From assembly GCF_900215655.1 (NCBI RefSeq), contig NZ_OBEN01000007.1, positions 4,243 through 68,242 of the forward strand: a stretch of 64,000 bases of DNA, read 5' to 3'. The stretch comes from Hydrogenobacter hydrogenophilus (GTDB lineage: Bacteria > Aquificota > Aquificia > Aquificales > Aquificaceae). Below, one piece after another: positions 10,704 to 21,013 of this stretch. A program made the position numbers and the translations under genes. A model generated the notes under the pieces. It saw only the letters and a list, made by a program, of their open reading frames with translations, was not told the origin of the DNA and searched no databases. Position 1 is the stretch's first letter. Each line of letters begins with the position of its first letter.

Positions 10704-13265
10704 ATGGCTGAACGCTACTTAGTTTGGCTTGACGAGGTGGGTATAGAGGACATACCCTTAGTAGGTGGCAAAAACGCATCCTTGGGCGAGATGATAAAGA
10801 ATTTATCCTCTCTGGGAATAAACATACCTTACGGCTTTGTAGTGACATCAGAAGCTTATTACGAGTTTTTGCGTTATAACAAGCTGGAGGAGGAGATAAA
10901 GAAGATTTTAAAAGGGCTCGATACAAAAAACATAGAGGACTTGGCTAAAAGAGGTCATCAGGTACGAGAGCTTATAAGAGGTGGGGAGTTTCCTTCACAT
11001 ATAGAGGAACTTATAAAGGAATACTACGCTAAGCTTTCAGAAAAATACGGCTCTTTTGCGGTAGATGTGGCAGTACGCTCTTCTGCAACCGCAGAAGACC
11101 TGCCTCACGCCTCCTTTGCGGGTCAGCAAGAGACCTATCTAAATGTAGTAGGTGCGGAAAATGTACTGACTGCCATAAAGAACGGCTTTGCTTCTCTATT
11201 TACAGACAGAGCTATATCTTACAGGGAGTCTTTCGGTTTTGATCACTTCAAAGTAGGCGTGGCTATGGGCGTGCAAAAGATGGTAAGATCAGACATGGGA
11301 GCCTCGGGTGTTATGTTCACCCTTGACACCGAGTCTGGCTTTAAGAATGTAGTGGTGATAAACGCTGCCTACGGACTTGGTGAGCTTATAGTTCAAGGAG
11401 CTATAACACCTGACGAATACATGGTTTTTAAACCCACCCTTCAAGCAGGCTACTCAGCAATAATAGAAAAAAAGCTTGGGCGTAAAGACAGAAAAATGGT
11501 CTACGGTGTAGGTGGGGAGAGAACAAAAATAGTCAATGTACCCATATCAGAACAAAAGCAGTTTGCACTAACAGATGACGAGATCCTAAAACTCGCCAAG
11601 TGGGGAATACTTATAGAAGAACATTACTCGAAGAAAAACGGAAGATGGACACCTATGGACATAGAGTGGGCAAAGGATGGCATTCTAAACGAGCTTTTTG
11701 TAGTTCAGGCAAGACCAGAAACGGTGCATTCAAGGAAGGAAGAGAGGGTACTCAAAGTTTATAAGTTTGTAGAGCCCATAGAAGAAAGGGAGAAGAAAAG
11801 ACTGGTTTACGGCATAGCGGTAGGTGATAAGATAGCGGTAGGTAAGGTAAGGGTAATATACGACCTTAAGGATGCAGGCAAGTTTCAGGAAGGTGAAGTG
11901 TTAGTTACAGACATCACAGACCCAGATTGGGAACCCATAATGAAAAAAGCATCCGCCATAATAACCAACAGAGGAGGCAGAACCGCTCACGCAGCTATAG
12001 TAGCAAGAGAGCTTGGCATACCTGCAGTGGTAGGCACCCACAAAGCTACCGAAATACTAAAAAGCGGTATGGAAGTTACTGTATCCTGCGCAGAAGGTGA
12101 GATAGGATATGTGTATGATGGTCATATACCCTTTGAGGTGGAGGAAATAAACCTTGAACATCTACCAAGACCCAAGACAAAGATAATGATGAATGTAGGA
12201 AACCCAGAGTCAGCTTTTAAGTATTCCTTTATACCCAACGATGGTGTTGGACTTGCCAGAGAAGAGTTCATAATAGCCAACTACATAAAGATACATCCGT
12301 TGGCTCTTATACATTACGAGGAATTAAAAGAACTGTATTTAAAGCTTGAGAAGGAAGGGTTAATTGATGAAAAAGGCTACTGCCTAATGTCCGCTATTCA
12401 GAATAACGCCAGAGGAGAACTTGCGGAAAAGTTAGTCAAAGGTAGAGACAAAAAAGCTATACCACTAAGGAGGATCATAGAAGATATAGAAAACCTTACC
12501 TTTGGATACGAAGACAAAGCTCAGTACTTTGTGAAAAAGCTCTCTTACGGAATTGCTAAGATATCTGCAGCCTTTTATCCCAATCCTGTGATAGTGAGAT
12601 TTTCTGATTTTAAGTCTAACGAGTACAGAGGGCTCATTGGTGGAGAGCTTTTTGAACCCGAGGAAGAGAACCCTATGCTCGGATGGAGGGGTGCATCAAG
12701 GTACTATTCAGACACCTACAAACCCGCCTTTGGGCTTGAGTGCCAAGCCATCCTAAGAGTGCGCAACAAGATGGGGCTTACTAACACTAAAGTTATGGTC
12801 CCTTTCTGCAGAACACCCGAAGAAGGACAGAGGGTACTCAAAGTCATGGAAGAGTTCAAGCTTAGGAAAGGGGACAACGGCTTAGAAGTTTATGTGATGG
12901 CAGAGCTTCCCAGCAATGTACTCCTTGCGGATAAGTTTGCGGAGATCTTTGACGGTTTTTCCATAGGCTCTAACGACCTTACCCAACTCACCTTAGGTTT
13001 AGACAGAGATTCCGCTTTGGTGGCGCATCTGTACGATGAGCGTAATGAAGCAGTAAAGAGACTCATATCACAGCTTATCAAGGTAGCAAAAGAGAAAGGG
13101 AAAAAAGTTGGCATATGTGGACAAGGACCATCTGACTTTCCTGAATTTGCAGTTTTCTTAGTAGAAGAAGGTATAGACAGCATATCCTTAAACCCAGACT
13201 CTGTTTTAAAGACCATGCTTGTGGTAAGTAAAGCGGAAGAGAAGCTCAGGGGGGTGGTAAAATGA
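10704..13265 (+). CDS. ppsA: Phosphoenolpyruvate synthase (pyruvate, water dikinase)
   Basis: 853 aa. ATP-grasp N-terminal domain, mobile phospho-His domain GGRTAHAAIVARELGIPAVVG, PEP-utilising TIM-barrel C-terminal domain. Confidence 0.9.
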   Translation: MAERYLVWLDEVGIEDIPLVGGKNASLGEMIKNLSSLGINIPYGFVVTSEAYYEFLRYNKLEEEIKKILKGLDTKNIEDLAKRGHQVRELIRGGEFPSHIEELIKEYYAKLSEKYGSFAVDVAVRSSATAEDLPHASFAGQQETYLNVVGAENVLTAIKNGFASLFTDRAISYRESFGFDHFKVGVAMGVQKMVRSDMGASGVMFTLDTESGFKNVVVINAAYGLGELIVQGAITPDEYMVFKPTLQAGYSAIIEKKLGRKDRKMVYGVGGERTKIVNVPISEQKQFALTDDEILKLAKWGILIEEHYSKKNGRWTPMDIEWAKDGILNELFVVQARPETVHSRKEERVLKVYKFVEPIEEREKKRLVYGIAVGDKIAVGKVRVIYDLKDAGKFQEGEVLVTDITDPDWEPIMKKASAIITNRGGRTAHAAIVARELGIPAVVGTHKATEILKSGMEVTVSCAEGEIGYVYDGHIPFEVEEINLEHLPRPKTKIMMNVGNPESAFKYSFIPNDGVGLAREEFIIANYIKIHPLALIHYEELKELYLKLEKEGLIDEKGYCLMSAIQNNARGELAEKLVKGRDKKAIPLRRIIEDIENLTFGYEDKAQYFVKKLSYGIAKISAAFYPNPVIVRFSDFKSNEYRGLIGGELFEPEEENPMLGWRGASRYYSDTYKPAFGLECQAILRVRNKMGLTNTKVMVPFCRTPEEGQRVLKVMEEFKLRKGDNGLEVYVMAELPSNVLLADKFAEIFDGFSIGSNDLTQLTLGLDRDSALVAHLYDERNEAVKRLISQLIKVAKEKGKKVGICGQGPSDFPEFAVFLVEEGIDSISLNPDSVLKTMLVVSKAEEKLRGVVK

Positions 13266-14137
13266 AACTAACATTACCAAAGCTAAAACTTCCCACTCTG
13301 AGAAAAACCAAGGTTTCTCTATCTGTGCAAATAACGGATAGAGTGCTCAGAATGTTAGACCTAAATGAGGAGAAAAAGCCAATTTTTGATTTAGAAGTTC
13401 GCTGGGAAGGTAAAAGCGAAAGCGAAAAACTCAGCATATTAAAAACTTATGTGGAAAGATACAACTTAAAAGACAGAGCTGTAATATCCTGCCTACCTGT
13501 TAACGACGGCCTTTTAAAGTTTTACAAATACCCTGCCACCATGAGCCAGAAAGACCTTAAACACGCCATAGATTGGGCTGTTAAAAGAGAGCTTTCTATG
13601 ATAAAAGAGGGTACCCTGCACGACTACTTTGTGCTTGAAAGGGAAAAAGATGCTAAAAATGTTGTCATGCTTTTAGTGCTTGCAAGGGAAGAAGCGGTGA
13701 ACAATCTGAAAAAGCTCATAGAATCCGCCGGTATGAGACTGAAAATACTTGATTACGAAGTTATAACCATAATAAACTATGGACTTTATAACAAAGTAGC
13801 TATTCCTTTCTCCGTACTTTACATAGACTACGGTTATGTTTTGCTGGTAACCTATTCGCCTTTGAATGTAGCTTACTTCGTGACACCTTGGGACTATACG
13901 GAATACCTCAAGACGAAAGACGAACACTACTTGGAAAATTTCTTTGCAGAGGTAAGAAACATCTTAATTATCAATGATCTAACTAATATCTACATAGCAG
14001 GACCCATCCTTTCTGAGGAAGAACTCCTTACGCGCATACTTGAAAACCTACCCATACTTGGTCTTCTTGATATAGAAGGTTTAAAACCTAACTTTTTTAT
14101 TCCGTACACACTTAGTCTAAGAGGTATGGAGGGATGA
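13262..14137 (+). CDS. pilM: Type IV pilus assembly protein PilM-like (short actin-like)
   Basis: 291 aa cytoplasmic protein heading a five-gene cluster that ends in a secretin. ATGA overlap with the ppsA stop. Confidence 0.6.
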   Translation: MKLTLPKLKLPTLRKTKVSLSVQITDRVLRMLDLNEEKKPIFDLEVRWEGKSESEKLSILKTYVERYNLKDRAVISCLPVNDGLLKFYKYPATMSQKDLKHAIDWAVKRELSMIKEGTLHDYFVLEREKDAKNVVMLLVLAREEAVNNLKKLIESAGMRLKILDYEVITIINYGLYNKVAIPFSVLYIDYGYVLLVTYSPLNVAYFVTPWDYTEYLKTKDEHYLENFFAEVRNILIINDLTNIYIAGPILSEEELLTRILENLPILGLLDIEGLKPNFFIPYTLSLRGMEG

Positions 14138-14790
14138 TAAAGATAAACCTTGTAAGAAAGAAGGAGGAGAAAGAATTAAAGCCCACAGCGAGGAGAGTAC
14201 CACAGATAGCTCTTCCCACCCCAAAAGAAAATGCTATTTACTATCTGTCAGTCATCTTATGGCTGAGCTTTGTGTTAGCACTGCTTTATTATCTCAAGCT
14301 TCGCTCAGACATGGAGAATCTTAGAAAACAGCTGGACGAACTTAATGCACAGAAGGTGCAATTGCAAGCAAAGGCAAAGAAGTTCGCTGATGAGAAAAAA
14401 AACATAGAAAAAAACATAGCGGACCTTGAGAACAAAATAAAGGACATAGATAAAAGCAAAGATATAATAGTAGGGCTTAAATCTTACTATTCGCCTTTCA
14501 ACAACACTCTTTTCTTTCATGTTAAATCAGTACCATCAGTTTCTTGGATATCTTCTTATAAAGAGAGCTTGGATATTAACACCTTACTCATAAAGGCAGA
14601 ACTGGAACTTCAATCTCTTGATTACTACGGAATAAGTAATTACACCAAAAGGCTCGCATCATTATCAAAAGCGATAGAAGTATCAAGTATAGAAAGAAAG
14701 ACAAACCAGTACGGATTTGAATACTATAGCGCAAAACTTTCCACAGCAAAGACACTACACGGAGGGAAAGGGAATGCGGAAAATCAATGA
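14134..14790 (+). CDS. pilN: PilN-like bitopic protein
   Basis: Short cytoplasmic N-terminus, one TM helix, periplasmic coiled coil. Position after pilM. Confidence 0.6.
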   Translation: MIKINLVRKKEEKELKPTARRVPQIALPTPKENAIYYLSVILWLSFVLALLYYLKLRSDMENLRKQLDELNAQKVQLQAKAKKFADEKKNIEKNIADLENKIKDIDKSKDIIVGLKSYYSPFNNTLFFHVKSVPSVSWISSYKESLDINTLLIKAELELQSLDYYGISNYTKRLASLSKAIEVSSIERKTNQYGFEYYSAKLSTAKTLHGGKGNAENQ

Positions 14791-15466
14791 ACTTCCCCAG
14801 TGGCAGAGAGTGTTTCTCTTTGTGGTAATGCCCATTATCCTTATCATTTTTCTTTACTTTCTATTTTTCCAACCTACAAAAGACGAAGTAGACAAACTAA
14901 AGGATCAGAAAAAGAACATACAAGCGGAGATAGAAAACTTACAGCGCTCTACAAACCCAAAGCTCCTTGAAAACCTCAAAAAGAAAGAAGAGGAAACAAG
15001 AAGACTTTTAGAAGAGAAGGAGAAAGAGCTTTCCGCCATAGTGGGAACTATACCTACAAAAAAAGATGTAAGCACTATACTCAAAAGCATAGGTCTTTTA
15101 GCAAAGAGGAGTGGACTCACCATAACTAACGTGCAGATACAACCCGGTCAGGAAACTCTTTATGTACTTCAAAGCGTAGGAAATGAAAAATTTGTTAAGG
15201 AACTTCAACCACAGCCACAACAAGCACAACAACAGAAACAACAAGAGAAAAAACAGCAACAGAAACCAGAAGGTGTGAAATACATAAAACAGAACATAAA
15301 GGTGAGCTTTACGGGAACTTACCCAGCTGTTGAAAAATTTATGGAAGGTATGTCAAAGGGTGGTGTTATATCCTACCCTTCAGGTATACAGCTATCTCAG
15401 GCAGAAGCCGGAAAACTACGCGGAGAGCTTGATGTTTTTGTTCTTATAAAGGAGGAGGAAAAATGA
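14774..15466 (+). CDS. pilO: PilO-like bitopic protein with Q-rich linker
   Basis: Start taken at ATG 14774, preceded by GGAGGG. TM helix, coiled coil, QPQPQQAQQQKQQEKKQQQK low-complexity linker, C-terminal globular domain. Confidence 0.55.
   Translation: MRKINELPQWQRVFLFVVMPIILIIFLYFLFFQPTKDEVDKLKDQKKNIQAEIENLQRSTNPKLLENLKKKEEETRRLLEEKEKELSAIVGTIPTKKDVSTILKSIGLLAKRSGLTITNVQIQPGQETLYVLQSVGNEKFVKELQPQPQQAQQQKQQEKKQQQKPEGVKYIKQNIKVSFTGTYPAVEKFMEGMSKGGVISYPSGIQLSQAEAGKLRGELDVFVLIKEEEK
15207..15270 (+). repeat. CAA/CAG-rich low-complexity tract encoding a Gln/Lys linker in PilO
   Basis: ccacagccacaacaagcacaacaacagaaacaacaagagaaaaaacagcaacagaaa. Confidence 0.7.
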
Positions 15467-15681
15467 GGAATCTACTTTTACTGGCGTTGGTAAGCGTATC
15501 CTTTTCGCAGAAAGCCTTTGAAAGCATGGAAGGTGTGGTGGGTTATATAGTTATTGAAAAACACGGAAAAACAGAAAACTATGTAGTTGTTGAGGAGAAA
15601 GACGGAAAGGTAAAAACTATCAGAGTGGAGCAAAGCCCATCGCAGTTTCTAAAAAAGACTGAAGAAGGAGGGAAGAAATGA
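15463..15681 (+). CDS. pilP: PilP-like small periplasmic protein
   Basis: 72 aa with a signal peptide, immediately before the secretin gene. Start overlaps the pilO stop. Confidence 0.4.
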   Translation: MRNLLLLALVSVSFSQKAFESMEGVVGYIVIEKHGKTENYVVVEEKDGKVKTIRVEQSPSQFLKKTEEGGKK

Positions 15682-17444
15682 AAAAGGCACTTATGTCAAT
15701 GCTTCTCTTGCTGAGCTTGTCTTTGGCACAAACCATAAAGGAGATGAAGTTTGAAAATGTAAAACTGGAAACAGTGCTAAAAGCTTTGTCTCAGGTTGCT
15801 GATATGAACGTCATCTTTGACCCTCAAGTATCCCAAGAAGTATCCAAAACCGTTAGCATAGCCATATACAAGCCAGTGCCTGTTGGAGAAGCTATGAACA
15901 TAATACTCAAGGAGTACGGACTTATAGCAGTACCTATAGACAAGAAAGTTTATAGAATAACCAAAGCTGGAGAGATAAGTATAAGCCTTTCTGGACTTGA
16001 TGACAGTCAAATAGAGAAGTTTGTAAAGTTTCTAAAGCCAAGAGTAAGCCCCTCTGCGGAAATAGTCATAGACAAAACCCTCAAGACGGTTTACATAAGA
16101 GATGAAGAACGCAACATAAAGAAGCTTGAGCCCATACTCAAGGACTATGCTAAGATAGTGGAAAAAGTAGCCCCTGCAGAAGAACGCATCACAAGAGTTT
16201 TTTATCTTAAAAACATATCCTTAGACGAAGCGGAAAGACTTTTAAGTGCCTATAAAAAGCCAGATACAGTAATCACTAAAGTGCAGAGTTTTTCAGCTCT
16301 TGTGATAACAGACAGTCCCAAGCAGATGGAAAAGTATCAGGAAGTGCTTAAAAACTTTCTCACCATGACACCTGCGGAAAGAAGACCCATAACCAAGATC
16401 TTCTATCTTAAGTACATAAGCCCGGACGAGTTCATAAAGATGATAGAACCCCTCAGGTCGGAAGCTGGCACCATATTAAGCGGTGGAGCTTTAAAGGTAC
16501 AAGCACCCATACAACAGCCACAAATGGCACAATCTCAACAACAACAAACTCCTCCTTCACCCATACTCAAAGAGTTCAACGCTGTAATGATTACAGACTA
16601 TCCAGAAGTTATAGAGAAGATAAGAGAAAGATTTAAAGATTACATAAGTGATTCACCCGTTCAAGTGAAGATAGAAGCAAGGATAATTGAGATAAGAGAG
16701 GAAGCCTTAAGGGAGCTGGGTATAAATTGGAATGTTTTGCTTTCTCAGGCAAGAGTACCCCAGTTTTGGAGCGGTGGGGCAGGACAAGGAGCCAATATAG
16801 GCACTCCGCCACCTCTTGGTAATATATACGTACCACCAGACACAGGAGTAGGTGTGCGCTCTCCTATATACTACACGCCAGGGCTTTCTCCCACGCCGGG
16901 TGGTATATTCACCTTTGCCTTCCAGAAGGGAATTTTAAATGCCCTAAACCTAAGACTATCCGCTCTTGAACGCATATCCTTGGCAAAAAACATAGCCAAA
17001 CCTACAGTAGTGACCATCAACGCTCAAAAAGCAACCATAAAACAGGGAGTACAGATACCTTATCAAACCACTGTGATTGCAGGAGGTGCTCAAGCTGTCA
17101 ACATACAGTTTAAAGATGTGGTACTTCAGCTTGATGTCACGCCGGTTGTATCACCAGACGGTAGGATACTCTTAGACATAAACCTCAAGAGGGACACACC
17201 AGGACAGCAAACTCCCCAGGGACCTGCTATAAACACCAAAGAAGCCTCCACAAAAGTGGTAGTCAACGATGGAGACACCTTAGTTATAGGAGGCATAATA
17301 GACAATCAAGAATCTAAGACTAACGAAGGGATTCCGGGTCTTGTGAGAGTGCCCATACTCAAGTGGGTCTTTGGACAGGAAAGGTTGCAAAACACCCAGT
17401 CCGAGCTTCTCATATTCCTAACTCCAGTACTTATAAGAGAATGA
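15678..17444 (+). CDS. pilQ: Type IV pilus secretin PilQ
   Basis: 588 aa. Signal peptide, N0/N1-like domains, Q-rich linker, C-terminal secretin domain with the GIPGL...LIFLTPVLI signature. Confidence 0.9.
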   Translation: MKKALMSMLLLLSLSLAQTIKEMKFENVKLETVLKALSQVADMNVIFDPQVSQEVSKTVSIAIYKPVPVGEAMNIILKEYGLIAVPIDKKVYRITKAGEISISLSGLDDSQIEKFVKFLKPRVSPSAEIVIDKTLKTVYIRDEERNIKKLEPILKDYAKIVEKVAPAEERITRVFYLKNISLDEAERLLSAYKKPDTVITKVQSFSALVITDSPKQMEKYQEVLKNFLTMTPAERRPITKIFYLKYISPDEFIKMIEPLRSEAGTILSGGALKVQAPIQQPQMAQSQQQQTPPSPILKEFNAVMITDYPEVIEKIRERFKDYISDSPVQVKIEARIIEIREEALRELGINWNVLLSQARVPQFWSGGAGQGANIGTPPPLGNIYVPPDTGVGVRSPIYYTPGLSPTPGGIFTFAFQKGILNALNLRLSALERISLAKNIAKPTVVTINAQKATIKQGVQIPYQTTVIAGGAQAVNIQFKDVVLQLDVTPVVSPDGRILLDINLKRDTPGQQTPQGPAINTKEASTKVVVNDGDTLVIGGIIDNQESKTNEGIPGLVRVPILKWVFGQERLQNTQSELLIFLTPVLIRE

Positions 17445-18091
17445 GTGATAAGGTAAGGATAAAGATAATCTCTTTAAGAGAGGAGGAAAACATAGAAAAG
17501 CTCGTTGAAGCCTTAGAAAACCTTGGAGTAAGCATATCAGAATTTTTCAGGTCCGTAAGTGCAGGTAAGCCTTTTGTTTTTGAGGCAGAAAGAGAAGCAT
17601 ACAGAAGATGGAAAAATACTCTTGACAAGCTTTGCTACTACCAAGAAGAACCCCATGTAGAAAGCTTATCCCCTTTAGGTTTTACCGCAGTGGCTTTGTT
17701 GGATACTTTTTTCGTTTTTTCACTCTCTGAATGGTTTTCAAAAAGTTTAAACTTGGAAGGTGTAGCATCTGGGTTTTTCGCATCTCAGATGCTTTTGTGG
17801 TCCTTTATCTCCATCTTTAAGCTCTTTATTGCCTTCCTTTTGTACGCAGGGTTTGGACAGAATCTTGAGACAACACCCGTGGGATACCTTTTGAAGATAA
17901 GGGTAAGCAACAAAGATACAAAAGTATTTATTTCCTTTATGCTCATACCCATAGCAGGCATTTTGCTGGTTAGCTCGCCTTTCGGAAGTTTTGCAAAGCT
18001 TTTTGGCTTATTTCTCTTTGCCTTCTTTGTAGGTGGCTGTCTTTCTGGATTACTAACTTCTCATTACCGATTGCGTATAGAAAGAGCATAA
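17441..18091 (+). CDS. Polytopic membrane protein, hypothetical (last gene of the pilMNOPQ operon)
   Basis: ATGA overlap with the pilQ stop. C-terminal half has 4 predicted TM helices. Confidence 0.4.
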   Translation: MSDKVRIKIISLREEENIEKLVEALENLGVSISEFFRSVSAGKPFVFEAEREAYRRWKNTLDKLCYYQEEPHVESLSPLGFTAVALLDTFFVFSLSEWFSKSLNLEGVASGFFASQMLLWSFISIFKLFIAFLLYAGFGQNLETTPVGYLLKIRVSNKDTKVFISFMLIPIAGILLVSSPFGSFAKLFGLFLFAFFVGGCLSGLLTSHYRLRIERA

Positions 18092-19227
18092 AGGGGTAAA
18101 AAGCATAAATTTAGGAAAAATATGTAAAACATGTACCACCAAACACTCCCAAAAGGGAGGATTAAAAATCCTGTGTAATAAACAAAAAGATGCAAATAAG
18201 GCAACCAGAGCATAATACCTAAAGCGGTAAGGAAATAAATGAAGACCAATGTTAAAGTTAAAAAGAACGCTGTAAAAAGATAAAAAGGCAGGTAAGTAAA
18301 AGCTGGAAGGAACTTTTCAGAGAACAGAAACACAAAAAGATATTTACCTACAAAGATTAAAGAAACTTCAAAAAATATAAATGCGGAAAACACCAAAAAC
18401 AGTACTCTTTTTAGAAAATTTATCATTAGCTTTCCCTTCTGTGCGTACATTACGAATTTGGGAAAGAACACAGTCATAAATGTTAGAATAAGCCATACGA
18501 ACACCTTACCTACCAAGGACACTGAGGCATAAAGCCCTGCAACAGAAGGTTCAAAAATGCGTCTTATAAAAAGATCGTCTGCATACACAAAAAAGCCTAC
18601 AGGGGAGGTAAAAAGAGAGGCTTTAATAAGACCCAAAAGGGATACTCTTTTGGGTTTTGTAAAAAACACTCCGTTTACACCAAAAAGCATACTAAGAGCG
18701 GAAAAAGTGCTAACGATGAACGAGAAGAGCACACCAATAATCCCTAAATTTGCTAAGAAGACCACGGTCAGGAGCCTTACGCTCTGTTCAAAAACCACGG
18801 AAAGAGCAAGCAGGCTAAACCTTTCTAATGATTGAAGATAAGCTCTTTCTATGACAAGCATCTGTTGAAGAAACCACACACCGGCTACTGCCCAAAAATA
18901 CTGAGCCTTTGATATCCTTAAAAAATCTTTTATAGGCTCAGCAAATATTATTCCAAGTATAAAAATAAAAAATCCCAGGAATAAACCTAAAAATCTCATA
19001 TAAGAAAGTGCACTTTTCGTTTCTTGCCAATTCCTTAGTAGTTCTTTAACCACGGGAGTAGCGAGTAGGTTTATGAAGTTTCCTACGCTTAGCATCAGGG
19101 CATAAATAACCATAAACTCACCGTATCCATGCACTCCCAAATGCCTACTTACAAAAAAGTGAAAGACATAGCCTACAGCGTTGGCATACAAAAAGGCAAA
19201 GCTTACAAAAGAAAGATTTTTTATCAT
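18064..19227 (-). CDS. Polysaccharide/oligosaccharide flippase (Wzx/MOP-like)
   Basis: About 12 predicted TM helices and roughly 390 aa. Start taken at ATG 19227, which forms an ATGA overlap with the upstream GT4 stop. Confidence 0.5.
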   Translation of the reverse strand: MIKNLSFVSFAFLYANAVGYVFHFFVSRHLGVHGYGEFMVIYALMLSVGNFINLLATPVVKELLRNWQETKSALSYMRFLGLFLGFFIFILGIIFAEPIKDFLRISKAQYFWAVAGVWFLQQMLVIERAYLQSLERFSLLALSVVFEQSVRLLTVVFLANLGIIGVLFSFIVSTFSALSMLFGVNGVFFTKPKRVSLLGLIKASLFTSPVGFFVYADDLFIRRIFEPSVAGLYASVSLVGKVFVWLILTFMTVFFPKFVMYAQKGKLMINFLKRVLFLVFSAFIFFEVSLIFVGKYLFVFLFSEKFLPAFTYLPFYLFTAFFLTLTLVFIYFLTALGIMLWLPYLHLFVYYTGFLILPFGSVWWYMFYIFFLNLCFLPLYALSIRNR

Positions 19228-20282
19228 GCTAAACTCTTTATATACTCCTCGTAGCGCTCGGATATCTTGTCCCAAGTGTGTTCTTTGGCAAACTCTACGC
19301 CTTTTTTGCCCATCTCAAGCACCAGATCATCTCTTTCGTACAAGAACTTTATTTTTTCCGTAAGGTCCTTAGGGTCATCTTTGCGAAAGCTAACACCAAA
19401 CCCTGCCTGCACCACATAAGAGAACACGGGAATGTCGCTAACAATCACAGGTTTTCCGCAGGACGCAGACTCAAGAGCTACTATCCCCTGTCCTTCGTAC
19501 CTTGAAGGCATGACTAAAAATTTTGAACCTTTGATGAAATTAACCTTTTCCTCTCCCGTTAGTCTTCCCAAATACTCCATATTTTTACAACCATCTACCA
19601 TTTTTAAAAACTTCTCTCTGTCTTTTCCATCACCAGCTATCTTAAATTTTATGTGTTTTAACTCCTTTATAGCCTTTGCTAAAAGATCCAAGCCTTTTTG
19701 AGTTATATCAAGCCTGCCAAGGTAAGCAACATAATGTCCCAACTCAAAACCATTCTCAACTTTATCAACACCGCTGGGTATTACCTGAGCTTTGATCTTG
19801 TAAGCTCTGTTTAAAAATTCAGAAAGGGAAATTATGTGTTTGTATCTTTTTGGGTAAAACCTTTCCACTAAGAAAAAGGGTAATCCAAGAAGGAAATACT
19901 TTTTTAAGATGTTTATCCCTTCGTAGTTTTGGAGTTGGAGAACCACAGGCTTTTTATCTTGATACCTGTATGCGAAAATGGGATTCCAAGGTGCAAAGTC
20001 TTCTACTATTAGGTCGTAATCTTTGTAATGTTTGCCCAAAAAACTTTTGGCTCTTAAAGCGTAAGAGAAGGTACTAATAATATAGTTTTTGTCAGAACCT
20101 AAAAACAAAAACTTTATGCTTTCTTTTTCGCCTTCTTGAGCCTTTGGATAATTTCCGCTTACCACTGTTATTTGATAGCCTTTTTTGGCAAGCCTTTTGT
20201 ATATTTCAAAAGCTCTTACCGCTCCACCGCCACCTACCCAAGGGTTATTTATGTGATCGTAGATGAAGTGAATTATCCTCAT
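19224..20282 (-). CDS. Glycosyltransferase family 4 (GT-B)
   Basis: EGQGIVALESASCGKPVIVSD (EX7E region). Start at ATG 20282 directly after the methyltransferase stop. Confidence 0.8.
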   Translation of the reverse strand: MRIIHFIYDHINNPWVGGGGAVRAFEIYKRLAKKGYQITVVSGNYPKAQEGEKESIKFLFLGSDKNYIISTFSYALRAKSFLGKHYKDYDLIVEDFAPWNPIFAYRYQDKKPVVLQLQNYEGINILKKYFLLGLPFFLVERFYPKRYKHIISLSEFLNRAYKIKAQVIPSGVDKVENGFELGHYVAYLGRLDITQKGLDLLAKAIKELKHIKFKIAGDGKDREKFLKMVDGCKNMEYLGRLTGEEKVNFIKGSKFLVMPSRYEGQGIVALESASCGKPVIVSDIPVFSYVVQAGFGVSFRKDDPKDLTEKIKFLYERDDLVLEMGKKGVEFAKEHTWDKISERYEEYIKSLA

Positions 20283-21013
20283 GGTTTTTTCGCTATTATA
20301 TAAACGAATCTTCCAAATATTTCGTAGGGTATAAAGGAAAAATCGTTGGCTTTGGGTGTAAGAAGCTGAAGCAGAGGATAGATGGGTAGAAGAGGCAGGT
20401 ATTCCCACCATCTTAAAACCTTCACTTGATGGACCTCAAAACCGCACATCTTGGCAAGGATCTTTAGACTCTTTTTGGTCCAAGGTCTTATGTGAGTTGG
20501 GTCTGAGTAGAAGTTATAGCTTCCTTGGCAGAAAAGGGAAGTGTAATAGTCAGTAGCACAGTAGAAGTATCCGTTTTTTTTCAGGACCCTGAGGCTTTCC
20601 AAGAAGAGCTTTTGAGGATTTCTTAGGTGTTCCAGCACAAAGGTAGAAATGACCACATCAAAGCTTTCTTCCTCAAAGGGAAGATTCTGCTCCTCTATGT
20701 CGCATGCAGAAAAGCTAACATAATCTGGCAGTAAAGAGTTTTTCTCAAGGTCTACTCCAAAGAGCTCTGCAGAAGGGTTGAGGAACTTCCTTATAAAGTA
20801 TAGTGCCTCTCCCGTTCCACAGCCTACATCAAGGATCTTAGAAGCGGTCTTTATGTTGGGTATACTGCTTAACTTCTTCACGGATATGTTGGTAAGCCTG
20901 TAGTAGAGCTTTTCTGTGATGGCGTACTTTTCAAAAAGCTTCCTAACAAAGGGTCTTAGTCCTATCTCTCTAATGCTTCCAAGATACTCCTGATAACCTT
21001 TATGTTTTTGCAA
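20279..21013 (-). CDS. Class I SAM-dependent methyltransferase
   Basis: Motif I VLDVGCGTGE, motif II/III spacing. Confidence 0.75.
   Translation of the reverse strand: MQKHKGYQEYLGSIREIGLRPFVRKLFEKYAITEKLYYRLTNISVKKLSSIPNIKTASKILDVGCGTGEALYFIRKFLNPSAELFGVDLEKNSLLPDYVSFSACDIEEQNLPFEEESFDVVISTFVLEHLRNPQKLFLESLRVLKKNGYFYCATDYYTSLFCQGSYNFYSDPTHIRPWTKKSLKILAKMCGFEVHQVKVLRWWEYLPLLPIYPLLQLLTPKANDFSFIPYEIFGRFVYIIAKKP

Noticed and set aside
12890-13437. - strand ORFs 12890-13216 and 13246-13437
   Set aside because: Antisense to ppsA and pilM. No signals.
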